DNA of 63,440 nt. Source: Methyloceanibacter sp. (GTDB taxonomy: Bacteria > Pseudomonadota > Alphaproteobacteria > Rhizobiales > Methyloligellaceae). The stretch spans positions 1-63,440 of the forward strand of contig DATHCZ010000003.1 of NCBI GenBank assembly GCA_035319265.1, in the 5' to 3' direction. Position 1 is the stretch's first letter. The number at the start of each line of letters is the position of its first letter. Under the pieces are notes generated by a model. It was given only the letters and a program-made list of their open reading frames with translations, was not told the origin of the DNA and made no database searches. Shown here one piece after another: positions 11,940 through 22,056 of this stretch. The position numbers were made by a program, and so were the translations under genes.

Positions 11940-12476
11940 CTAGCTCTTGCCCCGCTCGGCCACAGACTTGAGCTGGGCCAATCCCTTCTCGATGTCGCTG
12001 CCCAGCATCTTGTCGCCGTTCATGATCAGGCAGAATGCCTTCTGCACGAAAGTGCGATGGCCAGCCATGGCCCAGGTCACATCAGTCTTGTCGCCATTCG
12101 TCTTGAAACCAAACTCGGAGCCGATCGAACCTTCGAAGGGCTTGGTGAACTCGACCTTGAGCTTGATGTCGTCGTTGGGATGGCTCTCGACGATGGTCAT
12201 CTTCCCCTCGCCGACTTTCTCGTTGCCCGACCAGCCCATCGCCGCACCCTGCCCCGCTTCAGGTCCATCGAAGGTGATCTTCGCCGCGGGGTCGAGCTTG
12301 GCCCATGGCGACCAGGCGTCCCATTTGTGCAGATCATTCACCTGCCCGAACACGGAAACGGCAGGCGCGGCGATCGATGCCGTCCGCTCCACACGAAACT
12401 CCGAGGGCTGGACCGCCACGATGATGAGCAGCGCAGCGAGGATCAGGACGATGGCAATGAGAATCTTCTTCAGCAT
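11940..12476 (-). CDS. SRPBCC/START (polyketide cyclase-like) family protein with N-terminal membrane anchor
   Basis: FRVERTASIAAP, WDAWSPW, GEGKMTI, DIEKGLAQLK; GGAGG RBS. Confidence 0.85.
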   Translation of the reverse strand: MLKKILIAIVLILAALLIIVAVQPSEFRVERTASIAAPAVSVFGQVNDLHKWDAWSPWAKLDPAAKITFDGPEAGQGAAMGWSGNEKVGEGKMTIVESHPNDDIKLKVEFTKPFEGSIGSEFGFKTNGDKTDVTWAMAGHRTFVQKAFCLIMNGDKMLGSDIEKGLAQLKSVAERGKS

Positions 12477-12509
12477 CGGAGGCCTCCACAGACGCTGCCG
12501 CTTGGCATT

Positions 12510-14069
12510 CTAGTGGATCACCAGATCACCGAGATAGGGCATGTCGATGACGTTCACCACCGCGCCGATGTCGACATTCTTGCGCGACGCCCAGGAGAGA
12601 TGCTGCCAATGCAGCGGAACGAGCGCCGCGTCGTCGTAGAGGATGCGCTCGATTTTCTTCAGCACCTCGGCGCGCGCCTTGGGGTCGGTCATAGTCTGGG
12701 TCTCCAGCGTCAGCCGGTCGACCTCCGGGTTCGAGTAATTGCCGGCATTGTACTGGCCGTAGCCCGTGGTCTGATCGGGCGTCATGGCCAGGAACTCATA
12801 GAAATTCGCCGAGTCCTCGGTATCAGACTGCCAGCCGATCATCATGATATCGGCGGCACGCTCGTCGAAGCGCTGCCAGTATTGCGCCTTGGGCATGGTC
12901 TGAAGATCGACCTTGATGTTGATCTTGGCGAGCATGGCGGCGACGGCCTCGGCGATGCGAGCGTCCTCGATATAGCGATTGTTGGGGGCCATCATGGTCG
13001 CCGAGAAGCCGTTCTCGTAGCCCGCCTCCTTCATCAGCGCTTTCGCCTTGTCGAGGTCGTAGCGCGGAGCAAGGGCGGAGACGTAGCCGGCAAAGCTCGG
13101 GGGGCTCAGCTCCCCCGCGGCCGTCGCGAAGCCGCGCATGATCTTCTCGGCGATCCCTTGGCGATTGATGGCGTAGTTGATGGCGAGCCTGACACGGGGG
13201 TCTTTGAACGCGGACTGGCGCTGTTGGTTCAGCTCGAAGGTGAGCACGCGCGTGCTCGGCATGGTGATGAGCGTGCAGCAGGGATCGGCCCCGACGCGGG
13301 CAAGGTCGGTCGGCGGCACGGGGGCAATAAAATCGACATCGCCAGCGAGCAGTGCGGCGACCCGCGTCGCCGGCTCCTTGATCGGCGTGAACACGATCTC
13401 GTCGACGTTGCCGGGCGAGGCCTTGTCCCAATAATCGGCGAAGCGCTTCAGCTTGAGCCGCACGCCGGGCTCGCGTTCGGTGACGATGAATGGGCCCGTC
13501 CCGCTTGCATGCGTCGAGGCGAAGGACGAGCCATCCTTGACGATCTCCGACTTGGGATGGCCGCGCTCGTCGTTCCCCGAGTAAAACTCGCGATCCATGG
13601 GAAAGATGTAAGTCGCGAGGTTCATGACCAGAGGATATGGCTCCTTGGTGATGAGATCGACAGTCAAGTCGTTGATCACTCTCGCACCTTCGAACGGCTC
13701 GAACAGAGCCTTGAAGTCGGGACTCTGTTTCAGGCGGCCGACGGTCCACACCACGTCTTGGGCCGATAGTTTGCGACCCGACTGGAACGTCACGTCTGGG
13801 CGGAGATGAAAGCGCGTGGTGCGATCGTCGATCTTTTCCCAGCTCGTGGCAAGCCGCGGTTCGAGCGTCATGTCTTGGCGGAAGCGGACCAACGGATCGA
13901 AAAGAAGATGCGACATCTGAAGCGTCGCACCAGAAAGCTGCTCGTGTGGATCGAGCGAGGTCGGATCTGAATCGTAGGCCATGCGCAGGGTCTTGGTCTC
14001 GACGGGATGGGCGATAAGGCCAAGGACCAAGAACACAATCAGGGGGATGTAACGCCGGAAACGCATCAT
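12510..14069 (-). CDS. ABC transporter substrate-binding protein, family 5 (dipeptide/oligopeptide/nickel type)
   Basis: Signal peptide; SLDPH, LATSW, GTGPF, RVAALLAGDVD, DPRVRLAINYAINR. Confidence 0.92.
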   Translation of the reverse strand: MMRFRRYIPLIVFLVLGLIAHPVETKTLRMAYDSDPTSLDPHEQLSGATLQMSHLLFDPLVRFRQDMTLEPRLATSWEKIDDRTTRFHLRPDVTFQSGRKLSAQDVVWTVGRLKQSPDFKALFEPFEGARVINDLTVDLITKEPYPLVMNLATYIFPMDREFYSGNDERGHPKSEIVKDGSSFASTHASGTGPFIVTEREPGVRLKLKRFADYWDKASPGNVDEIVFTPIKEPATRVAALLAGDVDFIAPVPPTDLARVGADPCCTLITMPSTRVLTFELNQQRQSAFKDPRVRLAINYAINRQGIAEKIMRGFATAAGELSPPSFAGYVSALAPRYDLDKAKALMKEAGYENGFSATMMAPNNRYIEDARIAEAVAAMLAKINIKVDLQTMPKAQYWQRFDERAADIMMIGWQSDTEDSANFYEFLAMTPDQTTGYGQYNAGNYSNPEVDRLTLETQTMTDPKARAEVLKKIERILYDDAALVPLHWQHLSWASRKNVDIGAVVNVIDMPYLGDLVIH

Positions 14070-14182
14070 TGGGTGCTGCTCTTGTCGCCTGAAAGACGCT
14101 CCCGCGTCCACTCCCCTTTGCTTGGCGTGATGGGCTCTATACAGTCCCGCCGTCGCTCGGAAATCTTAAGGACTAGGACGGC

Positions 14183-14809
14183 GTGAACGGCTTCTTTGTC
14201 ACAGGCACGGATACCGATGTCGGCAAGACGCTCGTCTCGTCTTGGCTTCTTACCAAGCTCGATGCGAGCTATTGGAAGCCGGTCCAGGCGGGCGTCATGC
14301 CCGAAACCGATTCCTCGGTCGTGCGCCGTCTCGCCGAGATCGAACCCGACCGCATCCTGCCCGAGGCCTATGTATTACCTGAGGCGATCGCGCCGCATGA
14401 AGCCGCGCGCCGCGCCGGGATCGCGATCGACATGGCGAAGTTCGTTCCGCCCATTTCTGACCGGCTGCTTGTGGTCGAAGGGGCCGGCGGCCTGATGGTG
14501 CCGCTCACAGACACCGCCTGCGTGATCGACCTCGCCACTGAGCTTCACCTGCCGCTCGTCCTCGTCGCCCGCTCGACGCTTGGCACTATCAACCATACAC
14601 TACTCTCGCTCGAAGCGATCCGCCGGCGCGGCTTGCCCCTCGCCGGCGTTGTGATCAACGGGCCTGAAACGCCACATAACCGCGCGGCCATCGAGCGCTA
14701 CGGCCAGGTCGAGGTCATCGCCGAAATCCCTTGGCTCGACGTGGTGAACCGGTCCACGCTGCTTACCATAGAGCCGGAGCTCGACCTCATGAAGCTCGCC
14801 AGATCATGA
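14183..14809 (+). CDS. bioD: Dethiobiotin synthase
   Basis: FVTGTDTDVGKT, YWKPVQAG, VEGAGGLMVP, LGTINHTLLS. Confidence 0.96.
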   Translation: MNGFFVTGTDTDVGKTLVSSWLLTKLDASYWKPVQAGVMPETDSSVVRRLAEIEPDRILPEAYVLPEAIAPHEAARRAGIAIDMAKFVPPISDRLLVVEGAGGLMVPLTDTACVIDLATELHLPLVLVARSTLGTINHTLLSLEAIRRRGLPLAGVVINGPETPHNRAAIERYGQVEVIAEIPWLDVVNRSTLLTIEPELDLMKLARS

Positions 14810-16152
14810 ACGACGATCCGAAGCGGAAGGCGGGCGACGCGGCGGGACGCGACGTGCTCGACCGTGATCGGCGTCATGTGTGGCACCCCTTCACCCAACA
14901 TGGCACCGAGGGCGACCCGATCGTGCTCACCGGAGCCAAAGGCGCGTCCCTGTTCGACGCGGACGGTCACGAGATCCTCGATCTCGTCTCGTCGTGGTGG
15001 ACCTGCACCCATGGACACTCCCATCCGAAGATCAATGCGGCTTTAGCAAAACAGGCGAGCCTGTTCGAGCATGTGATGTTCGCGGGCTTCACCCATCAGC
15101 CGGCCGTCGATCTCGCCACAAAAGTCGCAGGTCTTCTTCCCGGCGATCTGTCGCGGGTGTTCTTCTCCGACGACGGGTCGACCTCCGTCGAGGTTGCGCT
15201 CAAGATCGCTTATCAATATTGGATCAATGTCGGTGAGCCGAGGCGGCGCGTTCTGGTGGGCTTCGATGGCGGCTACCACGGCGACACGCTCGGCGCCATG
15301 TCGCTCGGGCGCGGTTCGCAGTTCTTCACCCCATTCCGCGACCTCATGTGCAAGGTCTATGTGCTGCCGTATCCCTCGACCTTCGATGGCGATGATGCGG
15401 CCGACGAGCGGGAGGCGGGCGCGCTGTCGGCCTTCGAGGCGCTTCTATCCGACCGGGGGCAGACGATCGCTGCGCTCATCGTCGAGCCGCTGTTGCAGGG
15501 GGCGGGCGGCATGCGCGTCTGCCGGCCGAGCTTCCTCCAGCGCCTGGTGGCGATAGCGCGCAAAGCGGACGTGCTCGTCATCTTCGATGAGGTGGCGACA
15601 GGCTTCGGGCGGACGGGGACGCTGTTCGCCATGGAACAGGCGGGCGTCGTGCCGGACCTCGTTTGTCTGTCAAAGGGCTTGACCGCCGGCTACATGCCGC
15701 TCGCCATGACGGTTGCGCGCGAGGCGGTATTCGAGGCGTTTCTCGGCGAGACTTTCGACCGCGCGCTTCCCCACGGCCATTCCTTCACCGCCAATCCGCT
15801 CGCTTGCGCGGTCGGGCTCGCCTCTCTCGCTCTGTTCGAGGAGGAGAAGACGCTTAAGCGTATCACGCGCATCAATAGCCGCCATCGGGCGATGCTCACC
15901 GAGCTTGCCGCGCGGGACGACGTGACGCGCCCTCGCCTGCTCGGCTCGATCCTCGCCTTCGATATCAAGGCGGCAGGCGGTTATCAGTCGGCGCAAAGCC
16001 GTGCGCTTCGGGATTGGTATCTCGCCCACGGACTCAATATCAGGCCGCTCGGACAGACGCTCTATCTCATGCCGCCTTATTGCATCACCGACGCGGAGAT
16101 CGCTCGCGCCTATGCCGGGATGATCGAGGGCCTGGACACGGTCGGCACTTAG
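14806..16152 (+). CDS. bioA: Adenosylmethionine-8-amino-7-oxononanoate transaminase
   Basis: VWHPFTQ, SSWW, GYHGDT, FDEVATGFGRTG, LSKGLTAG, HGHSFTANP; ATGA overlap with bioD. Confidence 0.96.
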   Translation: MNDDPKRKAGDAAGRDVLDRDRRHVWHPFTQHGTEGDPIVLTGAKGASLFDADGHEILDLVSSWWTCTHGHSHPKINAALAKQASLFEHVMFAGFTHQPAVDLATKVAGLLPGDLSRVFFSDDGSTSVEVALKIAYQYWINVGEPRRRVLVGFDGGYHGDTLGAMSLGRGSQFFTPFRDLMCKVYVLPYPSTFDGDDAADEREAGALSAFEALLSDRGQTIAALIVEPLLQGAGGMRVCRPSFLQRLVAIARKADVLVIFDEVATGFGRTGTLFAMEQAGVVPDLVCLSKGLTAGYMPLAMTVAREAVFEAFLGETFDRALPHGHSFTANPLACAVGLASLALFEEEKTLKRITRINSRHRAMLTELAARDDVTRPRLLGSILAFDIKAAGGYQSAQSRALRDWYLAHGLNIRPLGQTLYLMPPYCITDAEIARAYAGMIEGLDTVGT

Positions 16153-16895
16153 GCCGCGGCGGAGAGCCGGCCATAGACGATGTGCCAGGTGATGGGGCCT
16201 CGTGCGTCGACGGCGCGGATGGCGCGGCGGAGCGCGCCGGACGACAGAGGCCTGTAGTCTACGCGCGGAGTGAGCCCTCCCACCGACTTTATACGACGGA
16301 GAAAGGCAAGAGCCGTCGTATCGGGAGCGAAACGCTCTTCGTGCACGACGCCCGGTACGGCCTCAATGGCAGCAACGCCCTTCGGGAGGCCATGTTCGCT
16401 CAGCACCGCGCGCCACTCGGCGAATGTGTCTGGGCCGAGCGCGGCGTAGAGCAGAACGCCAGAGGGCGCGAGTAGACTACGAAGTCGCTCGAGGCTCGCT
16501 CTTTGGTCGGGAAGCCAGTGGAGAGCCATGCTCATGGCGATGAGGTCGAAGGATCCCTGCCCTCCCGGCCTGCTCGCATCCATAATCCCGAAGTCGATGC
16601 GAGTGCCCGATGTACCGGCGAGGTTCCGTCGGCATTCGGCGAGCATGGGGGGCGAAGCATCGGTGAGGATTAAGCTTGCATCGGGATAGCGCTCGATCAG
16701 GTGGCGACTGAACAGCCCGGTGCCGCACCCAAGCTCGAGCACTTTGGGCCGGTCGAGGGCCGGGAGGAACCGTGCGAGCCGTGCAGCGATCACCTTCTGC
16801 AGCCCGGCATTGAGCTCATAGCTTCCAGCCCGCGCGCCAAAGCTCGCGACGATTTCGGCGCTATGAGGGGAGAGCGTGAGCGAATTCAAGGACAT
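16149..16895 (-). CDS. bioC: Malonyl-ACP O-methyltransferase BioC
   Basis: SAM motif VLELGCGTG, MALHW, TFAEWR; lies in the bio cluster. Confidence 0.88.
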   Translation of the reverse strand: MSLNSLTLSPHSAEIVASFGARAGSYELNAGLQKVIAARLARFLPALDRPKVLELGCGTGLFSRHLIERYPDASLILTDASPPMLAECRRNLAGTSGTRIDFGIMDASRPGGQGSFDLIAMSMALHWLPDQRASLERLRSLLAPSGVLLYAALGPDTFAEWRAVLSEHGLPKGVAAIEAVPGVVHEERFAPDTTALAFLRRIKSVGGLTPRVDYRPLSSGALRRAIRAVDARGPITWHIVYGRLSAAA

Positions 16896-17484
16896 GGCGC
16901 GCGCACCAATTCGGGTGCTTCAAGGGCAGGACGTGGCCGCCGTCCGGCGACCAGATGATGCTTTTTCCCCAAATGGTTTCGCTCATGGAAGGCGGCACGA
17001 TGACGTCGTCGCGCGCGGCGAGCGCCAGCACTGGGCAGGCCAAGTCTTGCCTCGCTTTCCGCGCGTCCCATGTCATCAGCCAATCCAGCCCTTCATCGAG
17101 TCTCGCGACGTTCAGCGCGTCTGGCAAGGCAAAGCCCGAGGCACCGCATGAGCGCCAGAAAGCCTGCAAAGTTTCGCCAGGGTCACGCTCAAGCCCGCGC
17201 TTCAACGCGGCGAGCCGCGACGGCGCCACATGGCAATAGAAGCAGTCGAAACCCTGAACACTGACCAGAGCTCTGAAGCGTCCGCCCCCTCGTTCGAGCA
17301 GCCACAATAGGCCAAGAGAGTGCCCGACCGCGATAGCTTCCGCCGGCCACTCGCTTGCCGCTTTGGGACCTCCAGCCACGAAACCGAGATCGACCAGGGT
17401 AACCTCGGCTCCCTCAAGATCGGATATGAAGTCGGCAAAGATGCCGGCGTGGAAGCCCCAGCCATGGACGAGCACGAACCGCAT
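16861..17484 (-). CDS. bioH: Pimeloyl-ACP methyl ester esterase (BioH-like alpha/beta hydrolase)
   Basis: LVHGWG, GHSLG nucleophile elbow, DDVIVP, GGHVLP; located between bioF and bioC. Confidence 0.8.
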   Translation of the reverse strand: MRFVLVHGWGFHAGIFADFISDLEGAEVTLVDLGFVAGGPKAASEWPAEAIAVGHSLGLLWLLERGGGRFRALVSVQGFDCFYCHVAPSRLAALKRGLERDPGETLQAFWRSCGASGFALPDALNVARLDEGLDWLMTWDARKARQDLACPVLALAARDDVIVPPSMSETIWGKSIIWSPDGGHVLPLKHPNWCARHVLEFAHALPS

Positions 17485-17487
17485 GGA

Positions 17488-18693
17488 TCAGGCCGGATGC
17501 GCGCGGGCGCGAGACCGCGCAGGGGCCGAGTTCGCCATATCGGCAATCGCTTCCAGCAGGAGATCGACGTCGCTTTCCGTGTGCGCCCGGGTGAAGGCGA
17601 GCCTGACCCTCGCCGTCCCCTTTGGCACGGTTGGGGGCCTGATCGGGGTCGCCCAGAAACCACTTTGGCGCAATCGTTCGCCGAGATCGAGTGCCGATTC
17701 CGTTGCGCCACAGATCAACGGAACGATGTGGGTGGCCGATGCTCCCGTGTCGTAGCCAAGGGCTTGGGCCCCCGCGCAAAACCGCGCCGCGAGTTTCGCC
17801 ACATAGGCGCGGTCCGCATCCATGCCGGGAACGAGATCGAGGGCGGCATCTATGGCGCCGAGCACCGGCGGCGGCAGTGCGGTTGAATAGATCAGCCCAC
17901 CGCATCGATTGATGAGATAGTTCCGCGTCGTGACCGAGCAGGCGACATAGGCCCCGAAGCTTCCGAGCGCCTTGGAGAAGGTGCCGATGATGATGTCGGC
18001 GCCGGCCGAGAGCCCCCTGCCCCCCGCCCCGAGGATACCGGTCGCATGCGCATCATCGACGATCAGGCACGCTTCGTGCGCAAGGGCCAGGCGCGAGATC
18101 TCCTTCAGCGGCGCCAGGTCGCCGTCCATGGAGAAGACGCTCTCAGTCAGGATGAATTTCGGGCTTCTATCGCCTTGATGTTGACTCAGAAGGTCGCCGA
18201 GATGGGCGGCATCGGCATGCCGGTAGCGGAGCTCGCGAATGCCTGCGGCCTTGCAGCCGAAATGCATGCTCGCGTGGTTGAGGCGGTCGGCGAAAACGAG
18301 AGGCTCCGCCCCGAGCACGGCGCGGTCGAACAGCGCCGCAAGCACAGCGGCATTGGCCTGGAAACCAGACGCCATCACCAGGCACGATGGCTTCCCCTTG
18401 AGCTTGGCGACTTTCGCCTCGATGCCCGCGAAAAGATCGAGATTGCCGGTGACGAGCCGCGAGGCGCCTGAGCCGGTGCCATAGCGCTTTGCCCATTCTG
18501 CCGCTCGCTCGATCAGAGCCTGGTGGAATCGCAGAGCCAAATAGTCGTTGCTGGCCAGGCTGACGTAGTCGCGGCCCTTCACGCGGATGGTGCGCGCGTC
18601 GACTCCTTCGACATCGACAAGCTCGCGCCGCAAATTCTCGCGCGCGAGCCCCTCGAGAAAGGTCTGGTACCTGCTTTCGCTTCCCGCCATCAT
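17488..18693 (-). CDS. bioF: 8-amino-7-oxononanoate synthase
   Basis: ASNDYL, GSGASRLVTG, SGFQAN, DRLNHAS, ESVFSMDGD, DDAHATG, GTFSKA, IRPPTVP. Confidence 0.96.
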   Translation of the reverse strand: MMAGSESRYQTFLEGLARENLRRELVDVEGVDARTIRVKGRDYVSLASNDYLALRFHQALIERAAEWAKRYGTGSGASRLVTGNLDLFAGIEAKVAKLKGKPSCLVMASGFQANAAVLAALFDRAVLGAEPLVFADRLNHASMHFGCKAAGIRELRYRHADAAHLGDLLSQHQGDRSPKFILTESVFSMDGDLAPLKEISRLALAHEACLIVDDAHATGILGAGGRGLSAGADIIIGTFSKALGSFGAYVACSVTTRNYLINRCGGLIYSTALPPPVLGAIDAALDLVPGMDADRAYVAKLAARFCAGAQALGYDTGASATHIVPLICGATESALDLGERLRQSGFWATPIRPPTVPKGTARVRLAFTRAHTESDVDLLLEAIADMANSAPARSRARAHPA

Positions 18694-18763
18694 CCTGTAT
18701 TAGCCAAGCGGGATATCGGCAGCAAATCAGATCGCTCCAACCGTGTCAGACATCGTCGAAAGC

Positions 18764-19792
18764 ATGAATCCTATCAATGGCCAGGTAAGCCAAGCAGAGA
18801 GCCTGCTTGAGCCAAGACCAGCCCATAAGCTGCGCCATGATTGGGTGAGCGGGGAGGTGTTCACCCTGCTCAGCCTCCCTTTGCTCGACCTCATCGATCA
18901 GGCAAGGGCGGTGCACCGACGCTACCACGACGACGGCGAGGTGCAGCTTGCGAGCTTGCTTTCGATCAAGACCGGCGCCTGCCCCGAGGACTGCAAATAT
19001 TGCCCACAATCGGCCCATTACGCCAAGGAGACCGGGCTCAAGCGCGAGACCTTGCTCGACGTGGACGACGTGCTCGCCAAGGCGCGGCTCGCCAAAGAGG
19101 CGGGCGCCACGCGCTTCTGCATGGGCGCGGCCTGGCGGGAGGTGAAGGACGGTCCGGCTTTCGACAGCGTGCTCGCCATGGTCAAGGGCGTGCGTGCCCT
19201 CGAAATGGAGGCCTGCGTCACGCTCGGCATGCTTAACGCCGCTCAGGCACGGCGCCTCGCGGAGGCCGGGCTCACCGCCTACAACCACAATCTCGATACT
19301 TCGCCCGAGTTCTATGGCGCGATCATCACCACGCGGACCTATCGAGACCGGCTTGACACCATCGCGCGCGTGCGCGAGGCCGGCATCGAGGTCTGCTGCG
19401 GCGGCATCATCGGTATGGGAGAGACCATCGAGGACCGCGCGGGGCTTCTCCAGACGCTCGCCAACCTCGATCCTCACCCGGAGAGCGTTCCGATCAACGC
19501 ACTCGTGGCCGTGCCCGGCACGCCGCTCGAGAATGCTCCTCCGCTCGATCCGCTCGATCTTGTGCGCATGGTGGCGACGGCGCGCATCCTCATGCCGCTG
19601 TCGCATGTCCGGCTCTCGGCGGGGCGGCGATCGCTCACTCGCGAGGCACAGATCCTCTGCTTCCTCGCCGGCGCCAACTCGATCTTCTACGGCGACAAAC
19701 TGCTCACCACCGCCAATAACGATACGGCCGACGACCTCGCTTTGATTGAGGAGGCCGGCCTCAGCATCCAACCCTCTCCTTCCTCGTGCTAA
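18764..19792 (+). CDS. bioB: Biotin synthase (radical SAM)
   Basis: [48 protein letters not shown]. Start could be 18743. Confidence 0.97.
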   Translation: MNPINGQVSQAESLLEPRPAHKLRHDWVSGEVFTLLSLPLLDLIDQARAVHRRYHDDGEVQLASLLSIKTGACPEDCKYCPQSAHYAKETGLKRETLLDVDDVLAKARLAKEAGATRFCMGAAWREVKDGPAFDSVLAMVKGVRALEMEACVTLGMLNAAQARRLAEAGLTAYNHNLDTSPEFYGAIITTRTYRDRLDTIARVREAGIEVCCGGIIGMGETIEDRAGLLQTLANLDPHPESVPINALVAVPGTPLENAPPLDPLDLVRMVATARILMPLSHVRLSAGRRSLTREAQILCFLAGANSIFYGDKLLTTANNDTADDLALIEEAGLSIQPSPSSC

Positions 19793-19833
19793 GAGCGGCC
19801 GGACGCTTGGTCCTTCGGCGTTCCCCCTGAGCA

Positions 19834-20685
19834 ATGTCGCGCACCATCTATGTAAATGGCAGCTATGTGCCCGAGGAAGAGGCCAAGATCTCGGTGTTCG
19901 ACCGCGCGTTCCTGTTCGGAGACGGCGTCTACGAGGTGACGGCGGTCCTCGATGGGCAACTTCTCGATTTCGAGGCGCATCTTGCAAGGCTCGATCGTTC
20001 GCTGGCAGAGATCGCACTCACACCCCCGTTCAGCCACAAGCAACTCTGGTCGATACATACGGAGCTGATCGCGCGCAACGAGGTAAACGAGGGCATCGTC
20101 TATCTCGAAATCACGCGTGGCGTGGCGGACCGCGATTTTGCCTATCCAGAGAAGAACACCGCACCCACCGTCGTCGCCTTCACCCAGAGCCGGCCATTGA
20201 TCGCGAACCCCTATGCCGAGACGGGGGTAAAGGTTATCACCATTCCCGAGATTCGCTGGAGGCGTCGCGACATTAAATCCACGGCGATGCTCGCCCAGGC
20301 GATGGGCAAGCAAGCGGCGAAACTGAAGGGCGCGTATGAGGCATGGATGGTCGAGGACGGCTATATCACAGAGGGTACTTCCTCGACCGCCTTTATCCTC
20401 GATCAAGATGGCGTGGTGCGCACCCAGCCGCTCGGACATCACATCCTTCCCGGCGTAACGCGGCGCGCCGTGCTGCGCCTTGCCGAGAGTCAAGGGGTGA
20501 AACTCGAGGAGCGGCCGTTCAGTGTGGCGGAAGCGCTCGTGGCGCGCGAAGCGTTCATGTCCGCAGCATCGGCCTTCGTCCTGCCGATCATCGAGATCGA
20601 CGGACACAAGATCGGCGACGGGCGACCGGGGCCGGTCGCGCGCGCCTTCCGTGCGCTCTATATCGATGAGGCGCGGAAGGGCTGA
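19834..20685 (+). CDS. dat: D-amino-acid transaminase (class IV PLP aminotransferase)
   Basis: DRAFLFGDGVYEV, RRDIKS, TEGTSS, ILPGVTR. Confidence 0.88.
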   Translation: MSRTIYVNGSYVPEEEAKISVFDRAFLFGDGVYEVTAVLDGQLLDFEAHLARLDRSLAEIALTPPFSHKQLWSIHTELIARNEVNEGIVYLEITRGVADRDFAYPEKNTAPTVVAFTQSRPLIANPYAETGVKVITIPEIRWRRRDIKSTAMLAQAMGKQAAKLKGAYEAWMVEDGYITEGTSSTAFILDQDGVVRTQPLGHHILPGVTRRAVLRLAESQGVKLEERPFSVAEALVAREAFMSAASAFVLPIIEIDGHKIGDGRPGPVARAFRALYIDEARKG

Positions 20686-20775
20686 TCACGCCTTCGCCAG
20701 TCTCTTGTCAAAATTCCCCCGAAAATTCGCCGTACCCCCGTGCAACCCAAGAGCCTTGGTGTCGGTTATCGGCGT

Positions 20776-20970
20776 ATGGCGCTCATGCTGTATTGGTTCG
20801 TCTATCATCTCGACCTCGGTCGGCTCGGCCCTAAGGTGCTTGAGCTTGCGGTCAAACGTTGGCTGAAACGCCCGCGCCAAAATGCCCCGACGCCTGTGGT
20901 GCGCCGGCAGCGCTTCGGCGCGCTGACGGCTCTTTATCTGGAGCCGAAATTCGGCGACGAGCGTATGTGA
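20776..20970 (+). CDS. Small hypothetical protein
   Basis: MALMLYWFVYHLDLGRLGPKVL..., fills the dat-lipid kinase gap on the same strand; no motif recognised. Confidence 0.45.
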   Translation: MALMLYWFVYHLDLGRLGPKVLELAVKRWLKRPRQNAPTPVVRRQRFGALTALYLEPKFGDERM

Positions 20971-21045
20971 GATGGCGCGGTGCCCTTTCTGAGTGTGGCA
21001 CGCGCTGCTAGGGTTCCGCCGGCTCAACGCGCGAGACCCTCGACC

Positions 21046-22020
21046 ATGGCGGAAGCCCCAGCCTTCGATCGTCACGATCACCAGACGGAGACCGTGCCAA
21101 TAAGACGGGTGGTCGCGTTGATGAACGCGGGTGCTGGCGCCTTCAACCAGAAGCTTGCAGCCGACATCGAGAGCGAACTCGCGTCGGCTTTCGCCCATCA
21201 CGGGGTTACGGCGAAGGTCGTCTTCGTCGACGGCGAGAATCTGCGCGCCGCCGCAGAGGCGGCGCTCAAGCAAGCAAAGCGCGGAGAGGTTGACGCGGTC
21301 GTCGTCGGCGGTGGCGACGGCAGCATCCGCACCGTCGCGGACGTCCTTGCCGGTACGACCATCCCACTTGGCGTGCTTCCCCTCGGCACGCTCAATCACT
21401 TCGCCAAGGATCTCGGGCTCCCCTTGCATGCCGATGCGGCGGCGGGCGTCATCGCCGCAGGTCATGCCCGCGCGGTCGATTTGGCGGAGGTCAACGGCTT
21501 CACCTTCATCAACAACTCCTCGATCGGCATCTATCCCTACATGGTCATCGATAGGGAGCGGCGCAGAGCAAACCACAAGCTCGCCAAATGGATGGCGATG
21601 GTGCCCGCCTTCTTCCGCATGTTGCGCCATTTTCCGCGGCGGCGTCTGCGCATCGCGGCGCAAGGATTCGCGCGCCCCTATCGCACGCCCTGTGTGTTCG
21701 TCGGCAATAACGAATACAGCACCGAGCTGTTCTCTTTCGGGCGCCGCCATCACCTCGATCGCGGAGAGCTCTGGTTTTACGTGGTGAAGCCGCGCAGCCC
21801 GCTCGAATTTTTCTGGCTGGTGTGCCGGCTATGCTTCGGCCACATCGAGCAGGCGCGGGATCTCGACACGTTCAGGCTCAAGGAGGCGGAGATCGGGGCC
21901 AAGACGAGCCGGCTGCTGGTCGCTCTCGATGGCGAGGTGAGGATCCTGCACACCCCGCTCAAATACCGCTCGAGGCCACGCGCGCTCTGCGTCATCGCTC
22001 CTGCGAGCGAGTCTGGCTAA
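21046..22020 (+). CDS. Diacylglycerol/lipid kinase family protein (YegS/BmrU-like)
   Basis: NAGAG, GGGDGS, LPLGTLNHFAKDL, ALDGE. Start uncertain (21046 or GTG 21094). Confidence 0.9.
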   Translation: MAEAPAFDRHDHQTETVPIRRVVALMNAGAGAFNQKLAADIESELASAFAHHGVTAKVVFVDGENLRAAAEAALKQAKRGEVDAVVVGGGDGSIRTVADVLAGTTIPLGVLPLGTLNHFAKDLGLPLHADAAAGVIAAGHARAVDLAEVNGFTFINNSSIGIYPYMVIDRERRRANHKLAKWMAMVPAFFRMLRHFPRRRLRIAAQGFARPYRTPCVFVGNNEYSTELFSFGRRHHLDRGELWFYVVKPRSPLEFFWLVCRLCFGHIEQARDLDTFRLKEAEIGAKTSRLLVALDGEVRILHTPLKYRSRPRALCVIAPASESG

Positions 22021-22056
22021 TGCCCCGACAGCCAGCGAATCGGTTATGCTATCCCC

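Noticed and set aside
12057-13769. 570-aa plus-strand ORF
   Set aside because: Antisense to the SRPBCC and binding-protein genes, which carry clear family motifs.
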